In this document: positions 1 through 9,398 of the stretch, piece after piece | Position numbering within the stretch: the first letter of the stretch is position 1 | How the letters are laid out: each line of letters starts with the position of its first letter | From: a virus | Lineage: Duplodnaviria > Caudoviricetes | Direction: 5' to 3' (one strand) | DNA length: 64,000 bases | Virus record (IMG/VR): IMGVR_UViG_2884366220_000001 | Location: 1-64,000 of that record | Position numbers and translations under genes: made by a program | Notes under the pieces: model-generated | The model's database searches: none | Seen by the model: only the letters and a program-made list of their open reading frames with translations | What the model was told of the DNA's origin: nothing

Positions 1-225
1 ATGGCCTGGATTACCCGATTATCCGAGTCCGACTACCGCGTGTCCATGCGCCTGGCGACGCACGTAATCATCTCAGACGACCGCAACCGTCACAGCTACA
101 GACTTTCAGCTGACGCGGTGCAATTCATCATTCGACTCATAGGGTTGCAACAGCCGGATAAGCTGTGGATAGCTACCGCGATTCAACTGGGCTATATCCC
201 GCACCCCTACGACGAGTACATCTAA
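1..225 (+). CDS. Hypothetical phage early protein
   Basis: ORF co-oriented with the early cluster; no recognisable motif. Confidence 0.55.
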   Translation: MAWITRLSESDYRVSMRLATHVIISDDRNRHSYRLSADAVQFIIRLIGLQQPDKLWIATAIQLGYIPHPYDEYI

Positions 226-252
226 TTCATTCTACGATAAACGCTGAGTAAC

Positions 253-543
253 ATGAACATCACTTACAACGAAGGCGCAGACGATGAGCGCGTAGCCAAC
301 TTCCTGGCCGAGTTCTTCCGGTACCGGAATAAGCAGGTTGAATCAGTCGTAGTTGAGAAAACTACCTTAACGGACCGGCCCGAATTGGCAATGCGAAAGC
401 TGACGATTACCGGCGAAGAAATCGACCTTTTCGACGTATACAACGCAAAGAATTTTGGCCTGATCGACATCCATCTGCAAGCAAAGGCTGAGAAGAATAA
501 AGCCGTCGTTTCGTGGCTCGTTCAACTGACTGACCCCGAATGA
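253..543 (+). CDS. Hypothetical phage protein
   Basis: ATG ORF whose stop overlaps the next start (ATGA). Confidence 0.7.
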   Translation: MNITYNEGADDERVANFLAEFFRYRNKQVESVVVEKTTLTDRPELAMRKLTITGEEIDLFDVYNAKNFGLIDIHLQAKAEKNKAVVSWLVQLTDPE

Positions 544-1043
544 AGGCCACAGGACAGTCAGGCCCCTGCTGCTCTGTGTGCGGCAAGCCACTGACCGACC
601 CGGTCAGCATCGAGAAGGGAAGCGGCCCGGAGTGCGCCGGGAAGCAGAAACGCACTGAACTGGCGTACAGAACCGGAAATCTGTTTGCCAACCGGGCCGA
701 CTACAGCTGGGGACTGGAGGGAGCCGTCATCTGGATCGAGGATAATAACGGGCCAAAGTCGGTAACCAACGATATGGATGCCGTATTGACCGACATCTGC
801 CACGAGTTACGCGAAGAGGTCAACTACAAACTGGTGATGTATCGCGATTCGCGGGGGGTATGGGATGCCGTCTCCTGTAACGTACAGATCTGTGAATCGC
901 TCGGTACGTTCCGCCAGAATGGAAAGGGGGCTATTGTCAGCGGTGTCGATTTCGTATCGCTCAATCAAACCGATAGGAAACGGGCCAAAATCGAGCTGTA
1001 TAGCAAAGCTGCCTTACGAAAAGTCAAGCCGATAAGGCTGTAA
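540..1043 (+). CDS. DUF6011-like Zn-finger phage protein
   Basis: N-terminal CSVCGKPLTDPVSIEKGSGPEC resembles the CxxCGRxLTDxxSxxxGxGPxC pattern. Confidence 0.7.
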   Translation: MKATGQSGPCCSVCGKPLTDPVSIEKGSGPECAGKQKRTELAYRTGNLFANRADYSWGLEGAVIWIEDNNGPKSVTNDMDAVLTDICHELREEVNYKLVMYRDSRGVWDAVSCNVQICESLGTFRQNGKGAIVSGVDFVSLNQTDRKRAKIELYSKAALRKVKPIRL

Positions 1044-1054
1044 ATGCACTATAA

Positions 1055-1516
1055 ATGAAGGAGTTAATCAAAAAAATGACCGATCGAAAAGCCGAACTAG
1101 AGCGCCGGCTGGAAGTGGGTTTCGACTACGAAGGCACAATGGATTATGCCGAACACGTTGAGGGCGATGCGGCAAGATCGGAAGCGTATCGGGATGAAAT
1201 CGCCTTCCTGACGGAGTTGCTGAAAACACCAGCCGAACGGCCTGTAACCGACGAACTGCTTGAGGAATACGGCTTCATGGATGACGAACCTGGTTACTGG
1301 TTTTTGGAAGATGAAGATGGCCGTCTGCTCATGGATGGCATTCGCGTCGAGCAGAATCTACGTAATCAGAGCGAGTGGCGGCTGTTCATAGAAACCGAGG
1401 AGAACGGAGCCCAAACGTTTGACCTGAAAGGCTTCGACCATCTGCTGTCATTGTTGGAAGAAAACGGTATCACCTTCAGTAATGAAGACGGGGAGGAGGG
1501 CGAAAATGAAGAATAA
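1055..1516 (+). CDS. Acidic hypothetical phage protein
   Basis: ATG ORF in operon, very Glu/Asp-rich. Confidence 0.7.
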   Translation: MKELIKKMTDRKAELERRLEVGFDYEGTMDYAEHVEGDAARSEAYRDEIAFLTELLKTPAERPVTDELLEEYGFMDDEPGYWFLEDEDGRLLMDGIRVEQNLRNQSEWRLFIETEENGAQTFDLKGFDHLLSLLEENGITFSNEDGEEGENEE

Positions 1517-1934
1517 TCGACCCGACATAAGCCTGCTGAACGTGTTGGAAACACCCGCCGAATGGCGCGAGTGGATCGAGGAAGACCCCAACGACGCCCC
1601 GGCCATATCGGATGAGTTGAGCGAGTTGATGATTGAGATTGTCAGCTGCCGTCGGTTCATTAATTGGCCGATCACAGGAGTCACTAAGGAGATGTACGCC
1701 CAGAGCCGCGAACTCAGCGAATACATTAAGGACCTGATGGCTCAAATCATTTCGCTCTGTAACGGCAAGGAAACTCGAGCAACGCTCGACGTCGACGATG
1801 GTTTCACCTGTACGATCAGAATCTACTACCACGAGAATGAAGAGTTTCCCGAATCATCGGCGTGGAACATCGACATCCAGTTTGCCCGTCGACTGAAACG
1901 AAAGGAGGTGCCCGATGCCCCTGATCAACGCTGA
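1482..1934 (+). CDS. Hypothetical phage protein (probable start ATG 1506)
   Basis: ORF overlapping both neighbours. Confidence 0.65.
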   Translation: MKTGRRAKMKNNRPDISLLNVLETPAEWREWIEEDPNDAPAISDELSELMIEIVSCRRFINWPITGVTKEMYAQSRELSEYIKDLMAQIISLCNGKETRATLDVDDGFTCTIRIYYHENEEFPESSAWNIDIQFARRLKRKEVPDAPDQR

Positions 1935-2256
1935 CTTTCTCCAAAAACTGCGCGAACAGGCTGACGTCGTGCAGATCATTGGGGAGTTCATCGACCTAAA
2001 AAAAACGGGTAGCACCTACAAAGCGTGCTGCCCGTTCCACGACGAAAAATCACCGTCGTTCACCGTCAGCCCGGTACGCCAGACCTATAAATGCTTCGGC
2101 TGTGGCAAGTCAGGCGACGCCCTCGATTTCATCATCTCCTACCGTAAGCTTTCCCTACCAGAAGCTGCTACCTACCTCGCCGGTAGACTCAACGAACTTG
2201 TCGAGTATGACACTGATAACCGACCCAAAAGCCGATTCGACGGAATCCAACTATGA
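1915..2256 (+). CDS. CHC2 zinc-finger domain (DnaG N-terminal zinc-binding domain), encoded in a separate frame
   Basis: CCPFHDEKSPSFTVSP...YKCFGCGKSGD motif. Confidence 0.9.
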   Translation: MPLINADFLQKLREQADVVQIIGEFIDLKKTGSTYKACCPFHDEKSPSFTVSPVRQTYKCFGCGKSGDALDFIISYRKLSLPEAATYLAGRLNELVEYDTDNRPKSRFDGIQL

Positions 2257-5200
2257 GACATTCACCGATTTATACAGCCTTAACGACCGTATTGCTGACA
2301 AATACCATCGTTACCTGACCGAAGAAATTCTGCCCGATGGGCTGCATCCCGTAAGCCAGTATCTGGCCGGCCGTGGCTACGGCCGTGAGCAGATCGACTA
2401 CTGGCAGATCGGGTTCGCCCCCGACCAGTGGCAGTTCGTAGCCGACAGCGTAATCAAGCTCGATGCGTTTGATCTGGCGGTTGATCTGGGCGTGTGCCGG
2501 AGCAAGGACGGCAGCCGGTACGACTTTTTCCGGAACCGGCTGATGATTCCGATTCGGGACGAGAAGAACCACATGCTGGGATTCACGGCCCGCTCGATCG
2601 GCCAGCAGACGACGCCGTCTGGCGAGAAGCTGCCCAAATACATCAACACCCCCGAAACCGTCATTTTCCGGAAAGAAGAAATTCTGTTCGGACTCAATAA
2701 AGCCCGTAAGGAAATTGAACGGTCGAAAATGGCCGTGCTAACCGAGGGGCAAACCGACGTGATAGCCCTGCATCGTGCCGGCATCACCAATGCCATCGGC
2801 AAACAGGGCTCGGCCCTGACTGAAAAGCAGATTGCCAAGCTGGCCAGCCTGTGTGAGTCGGTGACGCTGGTATACGACATCGATACGAACGGGACGGGCC
2901 AGAAGGCGCAGGCCCGCGATACGGAAGTACTGCTCAAGGCAGGGTTGCGCGTGAAGATCTTCTACCTGCCGCAGCCGGAGCAGGCCGAAGGAGAGGGGCC
3001 GGTAAAGGTCGACGCTGATTCATGGGTACAATCGCTGCTGCTCAGTGACGAACCCGCCGACGGGCCAGCGTGGTGCATCAAACTACGCGGCAAACTCGAC
3101 CTGAAAGCCCAGTTGAAGCGGGACAGCAAAGACGGTCTGATGGAACTGGCAGCTTCGCTGCTCGATCAGGAAGACATGGATGACGTTATCATCGGTCAGC
3201 GGCAGATCATCACGATGCTGAGTCGACTCGATGATTCGGTAGCGGACGCCTACGTTACCCGCATCGCCAAAGAGTTAGCCTGGAAAAAGAGTGTTATCAG
3301 CAAGCTGCTGGCTACAGCTAAAAAGAAGGGCGATAAAAAGGCAGGCAAGGATGATGACGACGATGACGACTTCCCGGAGTGGGTTGACCGGAAGGAGTTT
3401 TTTCAATGGCAGTTCGCGGAACGGTGCGACGCGCAGCAACCTCATAAGACAGGGTACTATTTCTCCGGAGTCAAAGGCATCAGTACCAATCCGCTGACCA
3501 ATTTCATTGCCAAACCGCTGTTTCTCATCAAGCAGCAGGGAGCCGTTCGGCGACTGGTGCAGCTGGACAATGGATACCGGAAGGTTTACGCCGAGTTCGA
3601 CGCCAAAGTACTGACCGGTGTCACGCAGTTCGAACAGGAGCTAAGCAATTTGGGCTACTTCACCATCGACGAAGATTTCGATAAGAAGCACCTGAAGCGG
3701 ATCATGAACAAGATCCTGGCGAATACCCCGGAGGTTTACCCGGTCAATACGCTGGGATGGCAACCCGAAGGATTCTTCGCATTCAGCAATGCCGTATTCA
3801 ATGGGCATCTGGAGAATTACAACGAGCACGGTGTCGTCGTCGTCAACGAAAAGCACTTTTTCAGCCCGGCCATGTCGCCCATCAGCGCCAACTACCGGCA
3901 GGAAGAGGACGGCTACAAACACGATCGATACCTGACGTTCCGGCCGTCGACGGTGACGTTCAACCAGTGGGGGAAGCAAATGCGCCGGGTGTACGGCGAT
4001 CGGGCAATGGTTGGGGTTACGTTTGTCATTGCTACGCTGTTCAAAGACATCGTCAAGAAGCTGGCAAAAATCCCTCTGATCTACTGCTACGGGCCGAAAG
4101 ACTCTGGTAAGTCGACCTACGCAGAATCGTTGCTGTACGTATTTTTTTCGGGTAAAGATTCCAACGGGGATCTGATGAAGCCCATGAACTTAGGGGCCGA
4201 ACCGACACTGGCGGCCTTCTGGACCGCACTGGCCCGGTTTCGCAACTGCCCGTTCGTGTTCAATGAATTTGATTCTACCCGCGTGGCGCCATTCGTGGCC
4301 ACAGCGTTTAAAGCCGCCTGGGATAACGAGGGCCGGAGCCGCCAGAGCCGGGACAACAAGTACCAGACCGAAGAGCAGTCCGTAAACTGTGCCCCAATTA
4401 TCGTCGGGCAGTACCTGGCCACCGGTGACGACGGAGCCGTGCTGAGCCGTAGTCTGATTTTCGAGTTCAAGAGCCGGAAGGATACGCCGTTTACCCCGGC
4501 CGAAAAAAATGACTACGGCCAGCTGCGGCAGTGGGAGCAGGCGGGGCTGAACGGGTTGCTCAGCGAACTGCTGCCCCTACGGGAAACGATGGAGAGCCGT
4601 TTTGGCGAATCCATCCGGGCCGTGCGGTCGGAACTGGCCGAGCGGCTGGAGCGTCAGGGTATTCCGTTTGAGAACCGGCCGCTCGAAAACATCATCTGCC
4701 TGCTGAGTATCTACGAAACGGTCAGTAAGTCGGTGTCCTTTCCGATGACCCGCGACGAGTTCTGGAACTACTGCTGTGAGCTGCTACGCGATATGGGTAG
4801 TCAGATCCACGACAGCGACGTGCTGACCGGTTTCTGGGGAATGCTGGAGTATCTGCTCGACCGGGGCGATATCGTCGACGGGTGGGATTTCAAGATCGAA
4901 ACCAGCACTTCGGCCAAACTCACCGGCGAGAACCGCAAAGCCGAAACGATCAGCTTCGACAAGCCGACGCGCGTGCTGTACCTGCGCATGAAAATGGTAC
5001 ACAAGCCCTATGCCGAGGCCATGCGCCGGCAGAGTAACGACAAGCCACAGAGCGAGCAGACACTGAGCACCTACGTCCGCCAGCAGAAGTATTACCTCGG
5101 TACCAACGAGAAAACTTACTTCTCGCAATCGGGTGGCGAATGGACGAACACCAGTGCCATTGTACTGAATTACGACCTGCTCAGCGACCGCACCGGCATG

Positions 5201-5599
5201 AGCCTGGAGCGATTCAAACAGTCGGACGAGGATACCCGGCAGGAAGTGACGGTGGAAGGCACCCTGAACCGTGACATCAAAGTGCTGAACGTCGGTACTG
5301 GTCAGCAGATCGAGTTCGTCCTCCAGGTTACGCAGACAATCAGCCAGGGAGGTACACCCCGCACTGAGCAGTTCAATGTCAAGTGCTTTGCCGCCCCCGA
5401 AGTGGTATCGGAAGAGAAACTGCGAACCGGTACCGTCTGGAAAGTGACCGGTCTGATGCAGGAAAAAAGCTGGAAAAAAGGTGCCGAAACATTCCACCAC
5501 CGTACGCTCGACGTGCTGAGCGCATCACAGGTCGATATGTCGGTACGCTACGCAACCGGGTACAAGCCCAGCGACGAAGAGAAGAATATGCCATTCTAA
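2207..5599 (+). CDS. DnaG-type primase (TOPRIM) + P-loop helicase-like domain + C-terminal SSB-like domain
   Basis: FRNRLMIPI, PKYINTPET, LTEGQTDV and YDID primase motifs; Walker A GPKDSGKS; OB-fold-like C-terminus ending DEEKNMPF. Confidence 0.88.
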   Translation: MTLITDPKADSTESNYETFTDLYSLNDRIADKYHRYLTEEILPDGLHPVSQYLAGRGYGREQIDYWQIGFAPDQWQFVADSVIKLDAFDLAVDLGVCRSKDGSRYDFFRNRLMIPIRDEKNHMLGFTARSIGQQTTPSGEKLPKYINTPETVIFRKEEILFGLNKARKEIERSKMAVLTEGQTDVIALHRAGITNAIGKQGSALTEKQIAKLASLCESVTLVYDIDTNGTGQKAQARDTEVLLKAGLRVKIFYLPQPEQAEGEGPVKVDADSWVQSLLLSDEPADGPAWCIKLRGKLDLKAQLKRDSKDGLMELAASLLDQEDMDDVIIGQRQIITMLSRLDDSVADAYVTRIAKELAWKKSVISKLLATAKKKGDKKAGKDDDDDDDFPEWVDRKEFFQWQFAERCDAQQPHKTGYYFSGVKGISTNPLTNFIAKPLFLIKQQGAVRRLVQLDNGYRKVYAEFDAKVLTGVTQFEQELSNLGYFTIDEDFDKKHLKRIMNKILANTPEVYPVNTLGWQPEGFFAFSNAVFNGHLENYNEHGVVVVNEKHFFSPAMSPISANYRQEEDGYKHDRYLTFRPSTVTFNQWGKQMRRVYGDRAMVGVTFVIATLFKDIVKKLAKIPLIYCYGPKDSGKSTYAESLLYVFFSGKDSNGDLMKPMNLGAEPTLAAFWTALARFRNCPFVFNEFDSTRVAPFVATAFKAAWDNEGRSRQSRDNKYQTEEQSVNCAPIIVGQYLATGDDGAVLSRSLIFEFKSRKDTPFTPAEKNDYGQLRQWEQAGLNGLLSELLPLRETMESRFGESIRAVRSELAERLERQGIPFENRPLENIICLLSIYETVSKSVSFPMTRDEFWNYCCELLRDMGSQIHDSDVLTGFWGMLEYLLDRGDIVDGWDFKIETSTSAKLTGENRKAETISFDKPTRVLYLRMKMVHKPYAEAMRRQSNDKPQSEQTLSTYVRQQKYYLGTNEKTYFSQSGGEWTNTSAIVLNYDLLSDRTGMSLERFKQSDEDTRQEVTVEGTLNRDIKVLNVGTGQQIEFVLQVTQTISQGGTPRTEQFNVKCFAAPEVVSEEKLRTGTVWKVTGLMQEKSWKKGAETFHHRTLDVLSASQVDMSVRYATGYKPSDEEKNMPF

Positions 5600-5613
5600 A
5601 AACGCCAATAGCT

Positions 5614-5907
5614 ATGATAACCGCCCAACAACTATGCTACTGTGATGTGCTGCTGACGCCAGGGGAAGCCGCCAAAGAGTCGGACGAGAAGCGAGGCTAC
5701 ATCGTGTCAAGCATCATTCAGATGCCCAAGCGAATCAACGACGGCTATCGCGAATACGTCGAATGGCAAATCGCCGGATTCTATCTACTCGAAAGCAAAA
5801 CGCTGACCCGCCGGGAAGTAACGCTCGAAGAGATGGAGCTGAGTCTGGCTGAAGGATCGCTGGTGCCTTACCTACCGCCCACGGTGCGCCAGGTTAAAAT
5901 GGGCTAA
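5614..5907 (+). CDS. Hypothetical phage protein
   Basis: ATG just after the primase stop. Confidence 0.6.
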   Translation: MITAQQLCYCDVLLTPGEAAKESDEKRGYIVSSIIQMPKRINDGYREYVEWQIAGFYLLESKTLTRREVTLEEMELSLAEGSLVPYLPPTVRQVKMG

Positions 5908-5935
5908 TCAATTCACCAAATCAATTCATTCTACG

Positions 5936-6064
5936 ATGTACAAGGAAACCTGTTGGTACTGCCCTCGACGCCCGTCGGCAACGCAGCGACTCGGCCACGT
6001 AACCGGTCTGATTCTCTATCCCTTCTGGAGCGCCTACCGCCGACTTCGTCAATTCAGCAACTAA
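5936..6064 (+). CDS. Small hypothetical protein (42 aa, MYKETCWYCPRR...)
   Basis: Translated by hand; AT-rich leader; fills an operon gap. Confidence 0.4.
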   Translation: MYKETCWYCPRRPSATQRLGHVTGLILYPFWSAYRRLRQFSN

Positions 6065-6082
6065 CCCATATAGTTTACAACT

Positions 6083-6715
6083 ATGAATCAACCGATCAGT
6101 GACGTTCGTACCCTGGCGAATCTAACTCGGGAAGAAGGCCAGAGCCTATTTTCACTTGGTTTCGGCTTTACACCACCACTTGATGCGCTGACGAATAGCT
6201 ATCAGGGCGGACTGGCTTCGTACCGGATCATCAGTGACAGCACATTTACGATGATTTTGTACCAGGGTGGGGGTATGTCGGCCTTCCGGGAACACGACGA
6301 TATCAGCAGCCCGGTATCGGTCAATATCGCCAAAGTCGTTGGCTACCTCAATTCGCTGGAGATCGACTTCGATCGGATTCCGGTACCGGCTCAGCTGTCG
6401 GTTACGCTGCCGGCATTATCACCCATTATAGGGCCGGTTTTTACCGTTCGCCCACAGACCGCCGTCGTTACGGAGTCGGTAGGGGAGTTGCTGACGGTGG
6501 CTGGCCACTGGGCCAGTGGTACTATGCTTAAGCCCCCCGTCACGCTCGAGGAGTTCAAAGATCGGCTGAACCGGGAAATGAACTTCATGACGGCGGATAG
6601 CTACAACCTGACTGGTATCGAGGTCCAGTGGATGGATGAGGGTTGTACGGTCCTGGCAATTGCCACGACAGTGGTTCCCGTGATGGTTCTCGCTACGATC
6701 ACACTAACCGAATAA
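6083..6715 (+). CDS. Hypothetical phage protein
   Basis: ATG ORF in operon. Confidence 0.65.
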   Translation: MNQPISDVRTLANLTREEGQSLFSLGFGFTPPLDALTNSYQGGLASYRIISDSTFTMILYQGGGMSAFREHDDISSPVSVNIAKVVGYLNSLEIDFDRIPVPAQLSVTLPALSPIIGPVFTVRPQTAVVTESVGELLTVAGHWASGTMLKPPVTLEEFKDRLNREMNFMTADSYNLTGIEVQWMDEGCTVLAIATTVVPVMVLATITLTE

Positions 6716-6728
6716 TATAACAGATTTC

Positions 6729-7049
6729 ATGAACAGAGACTTTCATTTCCGTATTGGCGCAGCTGTGTCGTGTAGTGTCGCCAATGACCAGGTAAACCTT
6801 GAGCACGTCGACGTGATGTACAAACATTCCGACGCTCCGGACGACTGGAAAGATCGAAACGGTCATTTTACCGAAAAAGGCGTTGATATGCTCCTGTTCG
6901 GATTCACGGCCGCACTGATAGGCGTGATTCACGCAACTGGTCACCAGCGGGGCGCGGATACGGCCGCATTGATGCGGCAGGCGATCAGTTTGATGGAGCA
7001 GCAGTTCGTTATGCAGGTGTCGACGACTAACGTTCACTCACCCCGGTAG
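6729..7049 (+). CDS. Hypothetical phage protein
   Basis: ATG ORF in operon. Confidence 0.65.
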   Translation: MNRDFHFRIGAAVSCSVANDQVNLEHVDVMYKHSDAPDDWKDRNGHFTEKGVDMLLFGFTAALIGVIHATGHQRGADTAALMRQAISLMEQQFVMQVSTTNVHSPR

Positions 7050-7053
7050 CACG

Positions 7054-7395
7054 ATGGCGATGGACCGCAGCAGGTACCCCCGTGGCTGGCGCAGGATCAG
7101 CAACCGGTATCGATTCGAGGTGGCCAATGGCATTTGCGAGCAGTGTGGGGTAAAACACGGAACGGTATATCCGAAGGGGCCAGATCTGAAGTGTGCCTAC
7201 CCGGCAACCCGCATCGTCATTGTATTCCTGAACGCGGCCCATCGCTATCATAACACAGACAGCAGTGATGACGAAGATCTGATTGCTTTATGCCCGCGCT
7301 GCCATGCCAGATACGACATGGATGATATCCTGAGCAAGAAGGTGTACGGTATGAATCACGCGGGTCCCCAACAACTAAAACTATTCGACCAATGA
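7054..7395 (+). CDS. HNH-family endonuclease-like protein
   Basis: CEQCG...AAHRYHN...LIALCPRCH. Confidence 0.75.
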   Translation: MAMDRSRYPRGWRRISNRYRFEVANGICEQCGVKHGTVYPKGPDLKCAYPATRIVIVFLNAAHRYHNTDSSDDEDLIALCPRCHARYDMDDILSKKVYGMNHAGPQQLKLFDQ

Positions 7396-7800
7396 GACTC
7401 TTTCTGAAGCGAGGGCCACCACCTTAATGCAGACCGGGACGTGGGGATTGAACCACCTGGTGTCAAAATGAGAACCCCACCGACCAGCAGAAGCCATCCA
7501 ATAGGGTGGCTTTTGTGTTTTTCTACGATTTCGGTCTGTGCTGGCGATTTTACTTATAAGTGAAGTCCGACCCACCAGTTTCACTTATAAATGGCTGGTA
7601 GGTGCCTTTCCCGGCCGGTTTGGAGTGTCGTTTCCCTGAATTACCGCGAGTGTCCCCGAAATCCGTGCCGATTGCCTGCGCGACGTTGCCATGCTCACTG
7701 CCCCGATCGGCGGGGGCGACACCGCCCAAACCACCGTTTTAAAGCCTACAGGTAACAGTAAATCAGAAAAAAAACAGAAAAGCTAAATAGCTGTAATTCT

Positions 7801-7960
7801 CCCCCTGATTACCCCTGATTTCCCTGATAGATATAAGTAATTGATAATGAATAGTAATAGCATATATAAAGGGGGTGTTTTTTCAGGGACGTTCAGGGGT
7901 GTCAGGGACAATCAGGGAAATCAGGGGGAGATTTTTCAGGGAAACACGCTATTCAGGGGA
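7801..7960. repeat. Iteron array, putative phage replication origin
   Basis: CCCTGA at 7803, 7813, 7822; AT-rich core 7829-7870; TCAGGG at 7883, 7893, 7902, 7912, 7921, 7936, 7953. Confidence 0.75.
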
Positions 7961-8163
7961 AAAACTGATTTTTTTATCGCAGATAAGCCTCCAAGCAGTC
8001 GCATACAACCATATGATATGTGTTGAATTTTAAAGGGATTACCGGAAGGAGTAAACCAGACGGACTTTTACAAAATATATTGTAACTACTCAGGTACTAA
8101 TACGCGTGTATTTAATTTTATTTTAACTAATTTTCGACGTATTCTCCGTACTCTTCGTAACTC

Positions 8164-8757
8164 ATGTACTTCTGCGAACCAGTGTTGTTTGAGATTCCGG
8201 TGCGCCCGCGAATCCGTAAGTTTATTCACACCCATTTAATTGATGAGCGGGGGCGTCGACGCCCGATGCTCGTCAGTTCGGACGCGCAGGGGGCCAGTCT
8301 GTGGATGTGGGCACTGGCACAGTCTGAAAAGGTGCAGCTGAACACCGGATGGCGCAGGCCCAAGCCTGATAATAGTTACCTGCACACCGACGGAGCCGGT
8401 CGGATTATGGCCCCGGACGACATGACCGACGTAATCGGTCTGGCAATCCACGAGTTTCACAAAAGCCGCCAGCAGTATCTGCTCAACTACGCCGAACTGG
8501 AGGCATTCAGCAGCTGGGTCGACTACCTGATTCGGAACGAGCTGATCTGTTTCTGCGAGGAAAAGCAACACCTGCCCCTGATGGAGCGCATCCGTCAATT
8601 TGCTGACTGCTACGATTTTTCCGAAGATGATATCTCCGAGGCTAATCTGAAGCAGATCGTTTACCGCCACGGCTCGACCCAGCCCGATGCATTTCGGAGC
8701 TTCAATACCGGAGTCGCCCTTATCAACCATTTCACAGCTTACCCAATGGCTGCCTGA
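8164..8757 (+). CDS. Hypothetical protein; candidate late-gene transcriptional activator
   Basis: Stand-alone gene at the early/late junction, ending 8 bp before the first late-promoter motif; function inferred from position only. Confidence 0.6.
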   Translation: MYFCEPVLFEIPVRPRIRKFIHTHLIDERGRRRPMLVSSDAQGASLWMWALAQSEKVQLNTGWRRPKPDNSYLHTDGAGRIMAPDDMTDVIGLAIHEFHKSRQQYLLNYAELEAFSSWVDYLIRNELICFCEEKQHLPLMERIRQFADCYDFSEDDISEANLKQIVYRHGSTQPDAFRSFNTGVALINHFTAYPMAA

Positions 8758-8765
8758 TTTAGTCT

Positions 8766-8816
8766 GTCATCACGCCTGTCACGTCTGCCCCCCAGTGATG
8801 CCGGCACATTTGCCCC
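8766..8816 (+). promoter_or_regulatory. Late promoter motif, copy 1
   Basis: GTCATCACGCCTGTCACG-N21-CACATTTG-N4-ATG(8817). Confidence 0.8.
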
Positions 8817-9266
8817 ATGACTGATCTGAATTACGACCCGGTCAACAACATTGGGGGGCTATATCGAATCCGGTTTGTGCCAGTTGCTGGAGTAACTCCA
8901 ACCCTGGCCACCGGTACCCCAAATTTTCGCGATGGGTTCCGGTTCTATACCGCCTACGGTACCGAATCGACGCGAGGCTACGAAGAACGACAATCGAACA
9001 GCGATAACGGCCCGGTTTGGGATGTGACCGTTTCCGCCTTCTTACCCGGCGACAGTCCTGAACGGCGTGCTCAACTGGCCGAGATGGTGCGTCACCGATT
9101 CATCATTCAATGTGAGGATAACAATGGCCAGCTGCGGCAGGTCGGTAGTTATGAACAGCCGCTCGAACTGACCTATCAGTTCGTCACCGGCAAGGCTGTC
9201 GCAGATTTGCGCGGCTACGCCCTCACCTTCCGGGGCAGTCTCTCTGAGGCCCCGGCCATTCTTTGA
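8817..9266 (+). CDS. Phage structural protein, paralogue of the tail-tube-like protein at 12539
   Basis: Shared NNxGG N-terminus and FxPG / GS-x3-P pattern. Confidence 0.65.
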   Translation: MTDLNYDPVNNIGGLYRIRFVPVAGVTPTLATGTPNFRDGFRFYTAYGTESTRGYEERQSNSDNGPVWDVTVSAFLPGDSPERRAQLAEMVRHRFIIQCEDNNGQLRQVGSYEQPLELTYQFVTGKAVADLRGYALTFRGSLSEAPAIL

Positions 9267-9297
9267 GTATGCCTTGCTTTCATAACGGTGGTTTCTG

Positions 9298-9330
9298 AAC
9301 CCCCGCTGGTTTTACCGGCGGGGGTTTTTT
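9298..9330 (+). terminator. Intrinsic terminator
   Basis: AACCCCCGCTGG-TTTTA-CCGGCGGGGGTT followed by T run. Confidence 0.8.
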
Positions 9331-9347
9331 GTGGAATCTTCATTCGC

Positions 9348-9398
9348 GTCATCACGCCTGTCACGCCCGGCCCCTCGCAATAGGGGCAGTTTCGGGCC
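9348..9398 (+). promoter_or_regulatory. Late promoter motif, copy 2
   Basis: GTCATCACGCCTGTCACG-N21-CAGTTTCG-N4-ATG(9399). Confidence 0.8.

Noticed and set aside
7430-7500. tRNA-like GGTTCAATCCCCAC on the minus strand
   Set aside because: T stem imperfect, and no D arm, anticodon arm or acceptor pairing could be built; at most a weak hairpin before the terminator at ~7490
7841-8026. 61-aa ORF over the iterons
   Set aside because: By-product of the repeats; no convincing start
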